Shown one piece after another: positions 50,696 to 64,000 of a stretch of 64,000 bases of DNA; position 1 is the first letter of the stretch, and each line of letters starts with the position of its first letter. The stretch is from the NCBI GenBank assembly GCA_030141605.1, contig JAQGDQ010000187.1:62001-126000 (forward strand). The letters run 5' to 3'. The stretch comes from Tubiluchus corallicola (taxonomy: Eukaryota > Animalia > Priapulida). The notes under the pieces are model-generated. The model ran no database searches. It was not told where the DNA came from and saw only the letters and a list, made by a program, of their open reading frames with translations. The position numbers and the translations under genes are program-made.

Positions 50696-52206
50696 GTTTA
50701 AAGATATTTGAATAAGTTTTTAAATCACTAATAATTAGTGGTCTCACAAGGATCATGCATATTACTTGATTTTGTTCTACAGTAAAAGCACTAATAATTT
50801 GTTTAGTAAAAGCACTAAAATTTGTTTTACAAACCAAAACAGGAAAAGAAAAAAATCAGTGAAGTGTAACCTCGCAGGCACGTCTGTGCAGACTTGTTCA
50901 ATATAGCAACGCCAGAAGATTTTCTTGAGTAAGCACCATGACATTGCAAGCCCCAGAGCAAGACTGATGCGTTGGAAAATCTCGAAACCTCAGAATAGCC
51001 GATTTACTGCATCAATAACAGCTACAGCAATAGCAATTATTACTTTGATGTAATCATTGGCGTACGAGACTGGGGGTCAAGGAGGGCGGTTGAATTAAAC
51101 ATTTACATTTGCCTCCCAGGACAAATGAATTAAACATTTTCAGGGCAAAAGTTGGTTATTTACAGGGCAAAATTTAAGATTAAATACCCAATATGTACTG
51201 CATTACTTCTTTTTACTGGCTGCAGTTAAAGTGCTCCTTGTACCACAAATTGTTTTAAAATTTTAAAATTAATAATAGTGCCTGCAATAAATTTTAGTTC
51301 ACGAAACCTGATAATTAAGTGTTTTATACAATTTTAAATACATGCCGTTTAGATTACGCGGTTATGTTAAGTAATGTGCTGAGTAGCAGCTGTTAATGCG
51401 TTAACTAAGTATGATTTTTAGATAAGGAACTCTAGGTAGTAAAGGAAATCTTCGCATGCTGTATGTCCAATTTGGTATTAGCATTATAGTAGTGATAAGC
51501 TTTGGATAGCTTATTTTTCGCTTGTCCGTGATTTTGGCGGCCAATTCTTATAATTGAGTGATCCTACTGGAAGCCTAGCAGGTGATTATTAAAGATGTTA
51601 GTCAATATTTTGGATAATGGATAACTTGAACATTAAGGACTGGAGTTATAATATACACTGCCATTTTATTTTAAAGACCAGTTGATTTGTTGGTGTTACA
51701 ATTTCGCTTCTCTATCTATGTACTTTAAATAATCTATAATTGTGAGGTAAAAAGAAGTTAGATTGAGTGATGCAAAAATTACTGAAATTTATTCTCTTAC
51801 TTCTTTCCTCTAAGAGATAAATATAGTAGATGAACATTGTTCGGTGTTTGTACACATTGTACACGCTCACCATTCAACTATTCCCTACCAGTCAACCAGC
51901 GTTCTATTCATGCTTGATATTCCCTTCAGTGCTCCCTTTACAAATACCGACTTTGAGTTTAATTTGTAGCAATTTTCTAAATGTATGTAATTTTAGTTTT
52001 ATATCGAAAACATCAATAAGTAATTAAAATATGCGCTTAATTATTGATGAATCTTACATTTTTACATTGATGATATTTTACAATGACAATGAAACAAGAG
52101 TAATTGACGTCAACCTTATTGGTCTATCGCTCCGCCTCCGCTGTAAGGTAAGCAAGCTCAGCGGCTTTCGGAACAACAGCTCACACTGAACAACAACTGT
52201 CTAAGC

Positions 52207-52531
52207 CAGTGGTTCCCAAACTTTCTCGGACCGTTACCCAAATCGGGAAACCCGGTCGTGTCCATTACCGCCCACCAAGTACTACTTCTCCAACTCAAAA
52301 AGTAAACACAGGTATATGCCACAAGCAAGCAAAATTATTGATGTTTGCTCGTGACAGAAATAAATTTCCAGGTGTTGTTGTTGTATTGTTGCCAAAACAA
52401 GAATTACAATTACTGAACCTGCTCATTACTGAATGAGCAGGTTCGTTCGTTGAACGAGAAGGTGCCCGTTACCCCACCAAAAAAACATATTACCCCCGGA
52501 GGGTAATTTACCCCTACTTTGGGAACCACTG
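52207..52531. mobile_element. hAT (Charlie-type) MITE, 325 bp
   Basis: TIRs cagtggttcccaaa / tttgggaaccactg with a perfect 8-bp TSD gtctaagc (52199-52206 and 52532-52539). Confidence 0.92.
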
Positions 52532-53611
52532 GTCTAAGCTAAACCAAACTGAACTAAACAGCATGACAGTCACAACTAAAGTCTAATCAGCAGATAAACT
52601 GATTGCACTTTTTCATCAACAATTTACAGAGCAGCAGTTTTTTTTAAACGAAATTAACACTTTAAGTAGCCAAAAAAGTTTCTAAGTTTCAAAGCATGAC
52701 AAAATACAGAGACATAAGTATAATAAAGAAACTAAAGCAGTTAGCCTTGCTTTACAATAAATGAGCAACAAAAATATTAAGTCTCTCTTGCCTTTGAACA
52801 TACGAACATCATTCATGCCTGCGATGTATTTTTTCTATATTAACTGATCATGTGCTCGTCTGCAAGATTTATTCAATTTTTGTATTTTTCCGTATGTTAG
52901 GCTAAGGAAATGGAATAAATTTGATTATTCCATAGGCGACCCTTATATTCAATGCCCGAGTTTCATAAATCCCAATGGCATCTTTTGACCATAATTATAA
53001 CCAGAAAAATAGCGTAAAACAGCTAATACTACATTGATGTGTAATATAGGTTTTGACCACATTTGAATTAATTTTGACTGTTTGACTGCTCATTGAGGTT
53101 TATAAAAACTGGCCAGAAAAGAAAACTGGCCGTGAAATAACTTGCACGCTGATTGGGCAGTCAACGAAAATGATTGAGACTATGTTAGACGTCAATTCTG
53201 TGTAAACAAAGCGATGTCGGCAAGCGATGATACTAGACTGATTGGTTGGTTGATCATTTGACTAAGCGAAATCCATGACATCATGTTATATCACTAATAT
53301 TTTGCTCCGCTTTCTGTCTTTTAGTATATTATGTATATGTTAACGAGAAAGGGTAACATTTTACAGAGCTAACGCTCTGTGCGGCCTTCAAAGACTTGAA
53401 AGTAACAAACAAGTATAATACAATTGTTTTTCTATACATAAAATTACCACATGTTTATTACTTTTAATGTAAGTAATTTCATGTAACTAGCGAAATTAAT
53501 GACTACGAAGCCCAGTGCATCGAGACTGTAATTTAGCTGACAGTTTTTGTCGTCCAAATACAAATCACACAACTTGTAGAAAGTAACTTCATTGAGGAAC
53601 AAAATAGGGTG

Positions 53612-53670
53612 AGCGTGTGTGTATGCGTGCAGGCGCGTGCGTGTGCGCGTGTGTTTATGTGAGTGTGTAT
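53612..53670. repeat. Imperfect (GT/GC)n microsatellite
   Basis: gcgtgtgtgtatgcgtgcaggcgcgtgcgtgtgcgcgtgtgt. Confidence 0.7.
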
Positions 53671-54639
53671 CTGAGCTATGACAATCTCACTGAGCGAAAT
53701 GCAAAAACTTATCAGACATTTTGCAATATCCTTAATATTTTGTTGGCTGTTAACCAATTTTTGCTGTGTAGCAGTTCCTTTAATTAGGTTCTTTTAGGAC
53801 TTGCTCCAGCATCGCGAAATCTGCCTCTAAAAAGCTGTTTACAACTCTCAACGGGGACTTAGCCGCGCGTGTAGGAATGAAGAGAAGCCCGTCGAATCAG
53901 TACTACTAACTGAGATTTGAGATCATCTACGTATTTCTTCTCTGTGTTGCATCAACTTGCACGTGACACTTCTAGATTGTGGTAATTACACAGCTGTGCT
54001 TTTGAGCTTTGATTTTTTGTGTGTAAACAATATCGTATAAACAAGTGCTCTTAGTTGCAGATTTTCTCAACAATTATCTAGCAGTAGCGTGACGTCATTG
54101 TCTGATTATAATAACCATTTTTATAGCTTATGCAGGCTTGAATGATGAACTGAAGCGCGCCAAGAATATAATATTCATGACACTATTATAGCATCAATAG
54201 CATGTTAATTTTGTTAATTTTAGTAACTTTAATATTTAAGTATGTTAGAGATTGCATGAACGCTACCTACTCTTCAAGATTTGAGATGATTTACGCAAAA
54301 TATTTTACGTAATTGCTCGTAATGATGGAAATAAGATTACTGCCTTAGTTTATTTGGAAAATCCTTTAGCAAAGCAGGATGAAAAAAGCAAACAAAATAT
54401 TAAGAACAAACAGGCCAAAGAAAATTTAACCAAAGGGAGGTGCTTCATGTTAACTGTACAGTAATGTGGTACGGTGTTGATATTTTGTATTACTGTCAGC
54501 AATTTATCATAGACATTTTTTGGAGAATCTTAACTTAGTTTCATAACTGTCATCTGTATTATAGTAACCGAAGTGAGGAAGTAAATAATTATAGTAATAA
54601 ATATTTGCTAAACCATGTAGTAAATGGTACAACAAAAGT

Positions 54640-54800
54640 TATTGTTGTCGTTGTAACCGTTGAAGTTGAAGTTGTGTTTTTGGTGCTGCTGATGACGATG
54701 ATGACGACGCGATGATGGTGATGGTAATGATAATAATAATGATGATGATGATGATGATGACGATGATGACAGCGATTATGATTTTGATAGTGATTATGAT
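54640..54800. repeat. Compound trinucleotide microsatellite (GAT/AAT/GTT)
   Basis: gatgatgatgat... run; explains the spurious His- and Ile-rich ORFs here. Confidence 0.9.
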
Positions 54801-57800
54801 ATATGTTACATCGTTGGTCAAAGTAGGTCAAAAAGCTTAAAATGTAAGCTCTTGTCTTCAACTAATGTACTTCTGAAGTTAGTCAAAATGTGATTCAATG
54901 TTCAGTAACATTTTTAAATTTCAACTAGTCGGTATTTTGGATTGCAGCATATGCGAGATAACAGGTCTAATATAGATCAAGAGCATGTTATCACGAGATT
55001 AAGAACTTAAATCTGTGAACGAAATTGAGTATTTTCTCTAATCTGGTTTCCCCAACTTAGAGCAGGGAAGCAGGAAGTTGAAACAAGCTAACTTGTCTCG
55101 TTTAAGCAAACTGTTACGCTTTGCATTTCGTCACTGGAAAATGTGTAAGGAAGGAAGCCTGGAAGCCATTAAAAGCTTTCGCAAGTTACCCAGAGGAATT
55201 CTGACAAAATCTAATTTGATCTGAAATAAGATTATTTAAATTTTCAGTAATTTAACGAAAATAGAGTCTCCATTGCAGCTCGAATATGTTCTAGATTACA
55301 ACGCATAATGATAGCGATAAAATAATTTTTGTCAAGAATAATTGAGCGTCATATATGCTGTATGTGGCGCATTACTCAGCCTACATTACCGTAGTTTATG
55401 TTGATTCTCGCTTTACAGAGCAGCAAAAAGATTAATGAGATTTTCACGATAGAATTTACAAAATATTTCCTGATTACTTTGATCATTTCCAATTGCAAAT
55501 TTTAACGATGTTTTTTTCACAGTACATTATGATCTCGCAGAACGAACATTTTTTCTGACATATTGAAATTGAGTAACATACGAATAATTAATATGTAAAA
55601 CTGGAGTATTAGAATGATTATGAGAAAATTAGACATGATATATAGTAAAAAAATGTGGACGCGTTATAGTGTTTCTATTAACATTATTTTGTAGGATGGA
55701 ACTCGGTCAGGATGTTCAATCTAGGTAACTTATTCGAGTTGTAAAATGAAAAAAGAATGAAAACTTTGAAAAGTAGAAGATCTTTACCGAAAATATACAG
55801 GCTGAGTTTAGGCTTTTCTAGACTCGCTACGTGATCCTCATAAAAATGTTACATTGACTTGTTAACTATTAAAATAATATTTTTGACTACTCATATACAT
55901 TGAACGTAACTGCTTACTATACACCCAAATATTTACAAAAATTTCTTCGTGATAGCTCTTATGGAAACCTCATTCTTGGCTAAGAAACTTTGGAATGATT
56001 GTCCGCATAAGCCACCCAACCGTAAAAAATTATAACCATTGATTAATGCCGTATCCCGGAATGAGCAGAAAGAAAGAAAAGACTAAAAATTGTGACAGGT
56101 TCTGGCTTTGACCAGCTCAACCTTGGCTTTGGGCTTCATGTACGTCAACGCTGATGTTCGTATGGGTGGTATGTGGCAATTTGTTCCGCATTTGTGCAAA
56201 AACAGGAAAGAGAAACGCTCTAAGTCAGACCTACATTCCGCTAACGCTTGACAGATGCAAAAATGACCAGAAAAGTCTGGGATTATTATATTTCATGCCT
56301 TTGTAAATTGTGTAAATACGTTAGAAGATTATTATTATGCGGATATAAGATTCCTTGAGCATCATCACATTATTGCACAAAGATGAGAAATAGTACCGAT
56401 ACGTGGCATTATGTGCAATGCACAGCAAATGTCCTACCAGTTTGCAGTAAAAGTCCGATGTAAATTTCGACTGTATAAATTCAAGAAAATTATGCGTTAA
56501 TGTATTTCTGACAGTCTTTACCTGTTTTGCAGTGCATCTTTTTTCTATTTTAATATATCTATATAAACTAATATTGGAACACTCAGTAGCCTGACATCTA
56601 AGCCACAGATTTAGACTTGCGTTGTAGTATCAGTGCGTTGTTACGGCAACTGGAGATGGCAACAAAAGCAAATTGTTTATGAGTTGAAACTTTCATGAAA
56701 GATTAATGATATGTGCGTGTTTTATGGTTGATATTAAAATGATCTGAGTCATCTGATACAATTGCTCATACGACTCCCTACCTTAATAACATTGTGACTC
56801 GTTATCGTAGATAGATATTTACATCGGAGTAAGTAGTTCGTTTCGACTTTAGCTAACTCAATGAATGAAATTATGAAACGTGATATCAAATAAATATTTT
56901 ATGATAAAGATTAGGAAGTTAGGATAAGCTTAAATGTTAAATAATTTAAAGTCGTAAGTGGTTGTATAATCTGTTGAAATCGCACTGGTTAAGATAATTC
57001 TAGTCATGTTTGCTATTAACGATTGCGCTTTATTAATTAACAAGTCATGTCACTTTCTTATAAAGTGCTGAAAGAGCGACGTTCTTGAAGGCGAAATCTT
57101 TTTCGAGAATTAGTTGTTAGTTAATTTTCTCCAACCAGAAACACGGTGGCATTTTATAATTGTGCTCGCCGATTGATTATTGCATTTCCAATCATAATTG
57201 TTTATATCGAGACAATTATCAAATTTTGAAGACGTCAGTACCCGTTTTGGCTTGTAGTTTTTACTGTAAAAAAGCCAAAACCAAAAGGTTACATATCGGA
57301 CGCTACATCTGAAGCCGTCAACTCTCATTCATTAGTTTAACATGTTATTCATTTCTAATTTTACCTACAAAAAGGCTACAAAGCAATATCAGTAAAGCAC
57401 GCGTTTTGCACGTAGTGCCAGTATTTGTATTGTCAGAGTCGGGAAATATTAGAGCAGACATATTTGAATCGATGCAAATTTTGACAGCATAAATTTTAAA
57501 AAAGTGTGCACTAATTGTATCTCTGATAGCTTTAGCAACTTTGCAGGGCACGCTGTGCATCTCGTTTGTTTCTATTCACTTAATATAGCTACATTAACTA
57601 AGATTGAAACTCTCAGTAACCTGGCATCCCTTCAGTAAGTAGAAAATTATGTTAGTATGATTTACTGTTGGGTTTGCAAAGTAAATTCTCGACACAGTGC
57701 GAACATTTTCATCAAATCGGCTTGGATGTATCAATTCTGAACAATTTGTAGAATTGGGGTGGTTAAGTAAGTGCACATGAGGTACTCAAAAGCTCTATAT

Positions 57801-59277
57801 GAGACCGCTGTCAGGCTTAAGTTTAGCGTTGTTACATAACGCGTTACACGTTACACGTAACAAAGTTACATTAAACATTAAACATTTCAGGAACTTGTAG
57901 CAGTAACGGATTACTTTTAAATAAAGGTACATGTGACAGTTATTATTACATAAAGTTAAAGTCTTCGAAGAGAAAGGGAGCCCAAAATGGTCCCTACCGT
58001 ATCAACGCTCCATCCTCTTGGGAACCCTGGGCACTGTAATAAGTCAGTATTCATTTGCAGTCATTTGCTACGAAGCAGTTTCTGTGAAACATATAACTGA
58101 AACTGAAGGCTGATACGGTCAGCATTAATGCTTGAACGTAGTGAACTAATTACTGACGTGCTTCTCTCGGTAATTATATTAATTGGACGCTATTATGAAC
58201 TCTTCACATTCTACAGTGCACGTAAATTAAAAATATTTCCAGTTCTCGCCTTAACACCTATACTGAGGCACGTTAGCAAAAGGAAAGGCTTATGTTTATT
58301 GATTGATTAATATGTGTTAGTCTGGTACTTATTGTGGCTCGTATGCACTTATCCGTGAATTATTTGACGTATCATAGTTTACGTGAGCTCAGTCATTGAC
58401 TGTATTGTACAAACATTGATTAGTAACTGTTTGCACTCATAAGAAAGATATAGAGCTCAAAATTATACCTCCAGTTACAAGAACTGTGAAACAGTGAGTG
58501 AAAACAAAGTTTGCTGAATGCAGTGAAAAATATTGAAATTTCTTAAAGTCATTCTTATTTGTGCAAAAGAAAATGCTGGTACTTTTCCTAGTTTCTGGAC
58601 TCATGATTGTCATTAGATCGTAAAAGGCGGCCAAATTCAAACGAAAGCTCAAGACAAACATTTATACATGTAATAGAATTTGCCAATAGGATCAACAACG
58701 GTGGCCATAGTAGCTGTTGGTTAGTTCTAATATGAGAATTATGTGGAAATTTATAACCTGGAACTAAAGCTCAGATATTGATAAAATGACTATCGATTAC
58801 GACCCTTGCGATCATATTGAGCCATCTGCAGCATTTTACACTTAAAATCTGTTTCTTTCCTTGGTGTTTAGCATATGGCAAAGTGATTTTTTCGAAGAGA
58901 ATTGAAGAAATTTACCCAGAATCTTTCTGAATAAATTAGTTAGTTGTCATCTTCCAGTCTTCACGGATATGGGTACTGTTCTGGATGGATTTGTATGATT
59001 GGACAGCAGGAAGCTGCAGGCTACCGACTAGACTGTGTGGGGACAATATTCTAACAGTTGTTTAGGCACACCCAAAGATTTCTTAAATCCATTCTTACGT
59101 GAGTTTGAATATTATCTTTGCAAACAGTCATAGTGGTGAAAGTGCAGAAGATCATAGTCTGCACAAGGTCCGAGGCAGGATATAGCACGCACGTAACACA
59201 TCTTTTAATCTTTTACAGATAAATTGTTTTCTGGCGATTTAGTAATCAGTGGCAACTAAGATTCGTTGATCATTGCG

Positions 59278-59433
59278 ATGGAAAAGAAATGCTCAGTGCA
59301 ATTTCGCAATTCCTTTGAAAGAACTGAAAGTAGCGAAGACGAAGGAGAATTTTATGAGAAGTTGGAGGATAATTATGAATTTCAGCATCCGGAAATTCCG
59401 AACTTTACATGTGGTGATTCGGAAGATGAAGAG
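59278..59433 (+). CDS. Probable first coding exon of an unidentified gene (acidic N-terminus); remainder not resolved
   Basis: Acceptor ttttacag at 59218, gcgATGG start, MEKKCSVQFRNSFERTESSEDEGEFYEKLEDNYEFQHPEIPNFTCGDSEDEE, strong donor gag|gtaagt at 59434. Confidence 0.55.
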
Positions 59434-59460
59434 GTAAGTGGCCATTAACTCGTTAGGCGT

Positions 59461-59510
59461 ACGTGCGCGCGCGCGTGTGTGTGCGTGTTGTGTGTGTGTG
59501 TATGTTTGTT

Positions 59511-59547
<37 letters not shown>

Positions 59548-59565
59548 GTGTGTGTGTGTGTGTCC
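59461..59565. repeat. (GT)n microsatellite
   Basis: Long gtgtgt run with gttt and gc interruptions. Confidence 0.92.
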
Positions 59566-62500
59566 GTGTTTTCCGTGAATAAACGTACAGTATGTTGTTT
59601 TTGTGATTCTCTTTAAAGCTAGTTTGTTTCAATAAAGTTATTGGGTTAGTAGTTGACAAAGCAGCACTGTGCCCAGTGTTGTCAACTTGTGTATACATAA
59701 CATAACATCCTCTAAAGAGAAAGAGGAAGCAATTAAATCGTGTTTCCTTTAAGCTTTACCACATGATTTCTTGAGAAAAAAGTTTGCATAAGCTATTACT
59801 TAAGCGTTACCTTAATTTGTATTTCATCGCTGAGCCTAATATTGATAGTGAAATGGCGCACAATTAGTAAATTTTTCACCCTAAATTAAATTGAAAAAGC
59901 GAAAAGTAATAAAAACTGCACTGGAATCCAAGCTTGGCATGATTCAAGAGCCTTTACGAGAAAGCGACGAGAATACACCCTCTTCGTCATAATATTTTTT
60001 TAAATACATTTTGGCAATTTAAAGTTAAATGAAAACTGGATTCAATCTTAAACTATTGCTCAAAACAATCTACCCTACTAAAAATTAAAAAGAAGTATAC
60101 TATTTGTTTAAAGAATTATTACCACGGAAAGCTAATTTCGCGTTCATGCGGCCAGTTCTTCGCTGTTTCATGCATTTCGCATTTCAATGGCAGCACTTTC
60201 GTCAGCAGTCAACGGCAGGGTATATGTAATTCAAATAGTTGTGGCATACCTGACCTCCCAATCATCAAGATGGCAAGAACCATCCTCTAAAGCAAGAAAT
60301 TCAACTAGCAGAGGTGTTTTGGCGATCAGGTTTGGATAGTTTGGGCATAGTTGGAGCCTGTATGATAGACATTACATCAAAAAAAAATTTCCCGGCAGTC
60401 AGCCATCAGTTTAATAGCCATGCTTGACGTTGCTTAACTTCAGGCAGTACCCCTTAGTACAACTGATAAGCTTCAAAATATTTAGTCTAAAATACCAATG
60501 GATTCCGTTAGATGTTGGACGCCAGCGTTCGGGCTTAGTGGTTCTCCGTGCATAGTTGCTGAGTTTTATTTTGGGAGACTTCAGGTCACCGTTTAGAAAT
60601 TTACACATATGTAGTGAAATTGAGCGGCATACGCGAATCGACGTTCATGTCTTTTATAAAAGCGCCGTCTTCGTAACATTTCAAAGGTCGTAAAGCAATA
60701 AATTGCACATAACCAGGAAATATTCACTATTTACATGACACCTATGTAATCTCAGGAATTGTAGTGCTGATGTTGTTACAAGTATTATATGACTTGAGCT
60801 CAAATAGAAAATAGCGATATCAAGTGCCAACCCACATTAAATTCATTTCAAACTGGTAGTTTCCTTGTTGCATATATCTACTCAGAGAATTAATTATTTA
60901 TTCAGTTACTGGAGCCTTAGATTGTTTAATATCCTCCTGTCATGTAGCTATTATGTGATACACGCTTCTGCACAAATGTTCAAATGTAGACTGCTTCATG
61001 CATCTACCACGGTTATTATTCTTACGCATCAGCTTGCTGCTATATGTATTTACATAGTTTCTATTAAATGATAGCTGACACTAGAATCTGCATTAACTGG
61101 ACCATCATTTCTCTCCATTGTTTACTTTCCTGCAGATTATCTATATAAATCCCCACACTGGCTGTAAAGCAAACGTGGGTGACTTTGATGCCCATTGCAC
61201 TTTAAATCTTAACTTATATTATAGGGGATTTAATGTCGAATGTCATACTTTAGTGTTATTACACAAAACAAAATTACTTTCCACGACCTTTTGAGCTCAT
61301 ATAGCAGTTCTGTTTCCTAGCTCAGAAAACCTTTCTGTAACATTTAGTTCTACTGTAGTTACTCGTTTTTGCCAATGCTTCAGTTCAGAAGGACATATTT
61401 GCAGTGCAGTGCATTTTTAAAAGACAACATTTATTTAACGTCGCTCATTTGAACTGCCATTTAGGACTAAGGACTATTAATTTAGCAACTTACACTTACA
61501 GCAATACAAGTAAGGAATCTAAGGACGGCACACACAAATAACAAATACCGTATAGGTTATATATACTGGCATTGGCAGCCGCTAGTCGCGAACACGAGAC
61601 TGCGTGGTTGCAGTAGTCGGCCCACCCAACGCATAGCCAAAAATCATCTTTGATTTTTCGACCTCAGCAGTTCATGCCAAGAACAACTTTCTTTGCGAAA
61701 TCTGGTTCAATTTTGTTTTCGAAATACGCCGTGCTTATGGAAAACGCAGCGACTATAAGACATTTATAGGTTTTTATGAAAATATATCACAATTCCTTTC
61801 CCATTAAACTTTCAAAGAAGGCGCATACAATAACAAGCAATTTAATTTCTAACAAAAATTTATTTCAAAACTAATTTGCTGTACATTTTAACACGGAGCG
61901 TCATGGCTGGCTTCTTATTAAAAATTTCCGCTGTTTTTCGTCGGCAGTTTTTTTATTAGCCTAAGATGCACAAAATTTCAATTACACCCTTCAAGCTGGA
62001 TTAAAGATGAGAATCAACGTCACAGAATAATAACCCTGCTTAAGTTCGCTGTCAACCTCGCTCGTTCATTTTTATTTTGCGCAAGAAAACGCAATTATGT
62101 TGCTAATTATATTTCATTAGATAATGCAAGAGTTCCGCAGTGCTCTGAAATAACATTAAGCAAGGTTTCCGAATATAGCTAAGTTACAAAAACTACAATC
62201 AAGTTTTGCCACATTCGTGCATTAAAACCTGGTTGTCGATATATCGCACACACCGATGAATCCTAAAGACCAGCATGTACACGCATAAGTTTGTGAAAAA
62301 AGTATACATCTGCCACACAGGTAGTTTCTGATAGCTATCTGCTTAATACTGTAAATATCTGAATATTGTAAAGCTGCTTTCCAATTTAGTGTTATTGCAT
62401 TGCAAATTTGAGCTTTGTAAGTCTATGCAAGTTGTATAGGGCTGAAGAATTTGGGTATTTTTGGAAAATGTAATTTGGACGTTATTGTTCTTTTATTTCT

Positions 62501-64000
62501 ACATCAATTTAATTGAGTTCTTTTTAGTGCTATTATTTTAAGACATAAATACTAACACTTATTAATGTGTAAATTTTACGTATTTTTTAATGTGAACCAA
62601 ATATGATTAAACTGCAATTTTTGTATATTCATATAAATAATTTTATTTTTATGACTGCTCGATATGTTTATTAATCTACATATTAATCTCACTTTTGAAA
62701 CAGTTTGAATACTGTGCAGCTGTCATTTGACTTTTTCATTTGAACTTTTTAGGGTTATACCAACTTAGTTAGACTTCTATTTTTGTACAGTGTATAACCT
62801 CAGTTTATGTATTATAAGGCAATAAGTGCGTACTTTTTAAATAATTAATTTTATAAAATGTGGCTATTTTAGTATTTTGTATAATAAGCATAGTGCTCAA
62901 CACAGTTCTGTAGTGCTCGGCATAGGCCTATACAACTGTTGAGTTTGAAGTGTCCTTAGGCACTAGTCTACACACTTTGAGTATTGAAATTTACAACAAT
63001 TCAATTTGAATATTATTGGACTGCTTCAACAGGTCAACTATTTCACTATTGCACGAACATAAACTCTCTTATAATTATTGATTATGCATACGCTTTACAC
63101 TATTTTTTAAGCTGATACGCGATGAGCTATATAAAACCCATCCATATCGATTATACGAAGGCAGTGTTATTTTCTTTCATAATGAAATTCTTTAAGCGCA
63201 AGATGATCGTCATTGTTAGCGTGTAATTAGCGCAACCATTAATCTTCCTTTTATCCATCGTTATGGCTTCATTACAGCACAGATAATTGTAAAATTTCAT
63301 TCCTCTTCACTTCGTGTTCACCGAGAGCTATGTTATATACGTATAGCGACTGTTGAAAAGTAAACTTGGCTACTGTCTTACACTGGCTAAGGTTGGTATG
63401 GTGTGAGCCTAAGACTTTATTAAAAAAAGCAGTACCACATTGTTGTTTTGCCTGTTTATTAATAAAAGAAAGAAGTAACAGTATCTATATCACTTTCTTC
63501 TTCTTAGAAAAGTCTGGAACTCATTTTCCAATATTAGTCGCTGTATGACATTAACCTATTTTGCCCTATTTCTTCGTAGGGATAGCCCATCGATGAGAAG
63601 ACAGTAAGGTTTCTTTCGTATAATTGGTTTCGGATATCTTCGGCGACAGCAAAGACAAAAAAATTGTAAATTTCCTTAGTGTAACAAAAGCTGACTTAAA
63701 GTGGCAATAGTGTGTTCAGGATTGTATAATACATTATTGGATGTGCTGAATTCAGTTGCAAGTTGCAACTAACAAGTAAAATTAAGCGTCTCTTGAACTG
63801 TGATTAAAACTCAATCTAACCCGTACAGTGACGTTTGTTTGAACTTTAATCCTGTAGCAATTATCACCTGATGGGAGGAACAAAAGGTGTGTAACTGATA
63901 AAGTGACACGCGAATATATCGCCTTTGTTTGAAAACGGTTCAACTACAGGGCTAGTAACTTGTTAATGTTTTAGTGTTGAAAGGCTATGCTTAGGTGGCT

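Noticed and set aside
54589-54861. His-rich and Ile-rich ORFs
   Set aside because: Translations of a GAT/AAT microsatellite.
56095-56185. Weak tRNA A-box-like string on the minus strand (ggttgagctggtcaaagc)
   Set aside because: No B box or cloverleaf could be formed.
59453-59698. THTHTH ORF
   Set aside because: Translation of a (CA)n microsatellite.
1-64000. CRISPR arrays, rRNA, tRNA, prokaryotic operons
   Set aside because: None seen; the DNA is intron-rich and eukaryotic, and the repeats are TE-derived or microsatellites.

Overview
AT-rich animal (invertebrate-like) genomic DNA with GT-AG introns; the species cannot be determined. Exon chains were assembled by hand from splice sites and frame continuity. 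(1) 242-19556 (+): the 3' part (29 exons, about 1846 aa visible, 5' end outside the window) of an unusual ROCO gene. Its architecture is LRRs interrupted by an EF-hand insert, Roc GTPase, COR, TIR (catalytic Glu replaced), TIR (Glu retained), a split C-terminal ROCO-associated module and a CCIM CaaX box, with no kinase domain visible. (2) CREBL2 bZIP (-), with a uORF overlapping its start codon. (3) A cluster of TE relics (MULE-like element, LINE fragments, nested hAT). (4) MRPL53 and NDUFAF5 (+), apparently linked by an intron that starts 12 nt after the MRPL53 stop, making a candidate bicistronic transcript. (5) ZC3H14/Nab2 (-), 16 exons. (6) A gene-poor distal region with MITEs, microsatellites and the probable first coding exon of an unidentified + strand gene. 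Family assignments come from recognised motifs, not from database searches.
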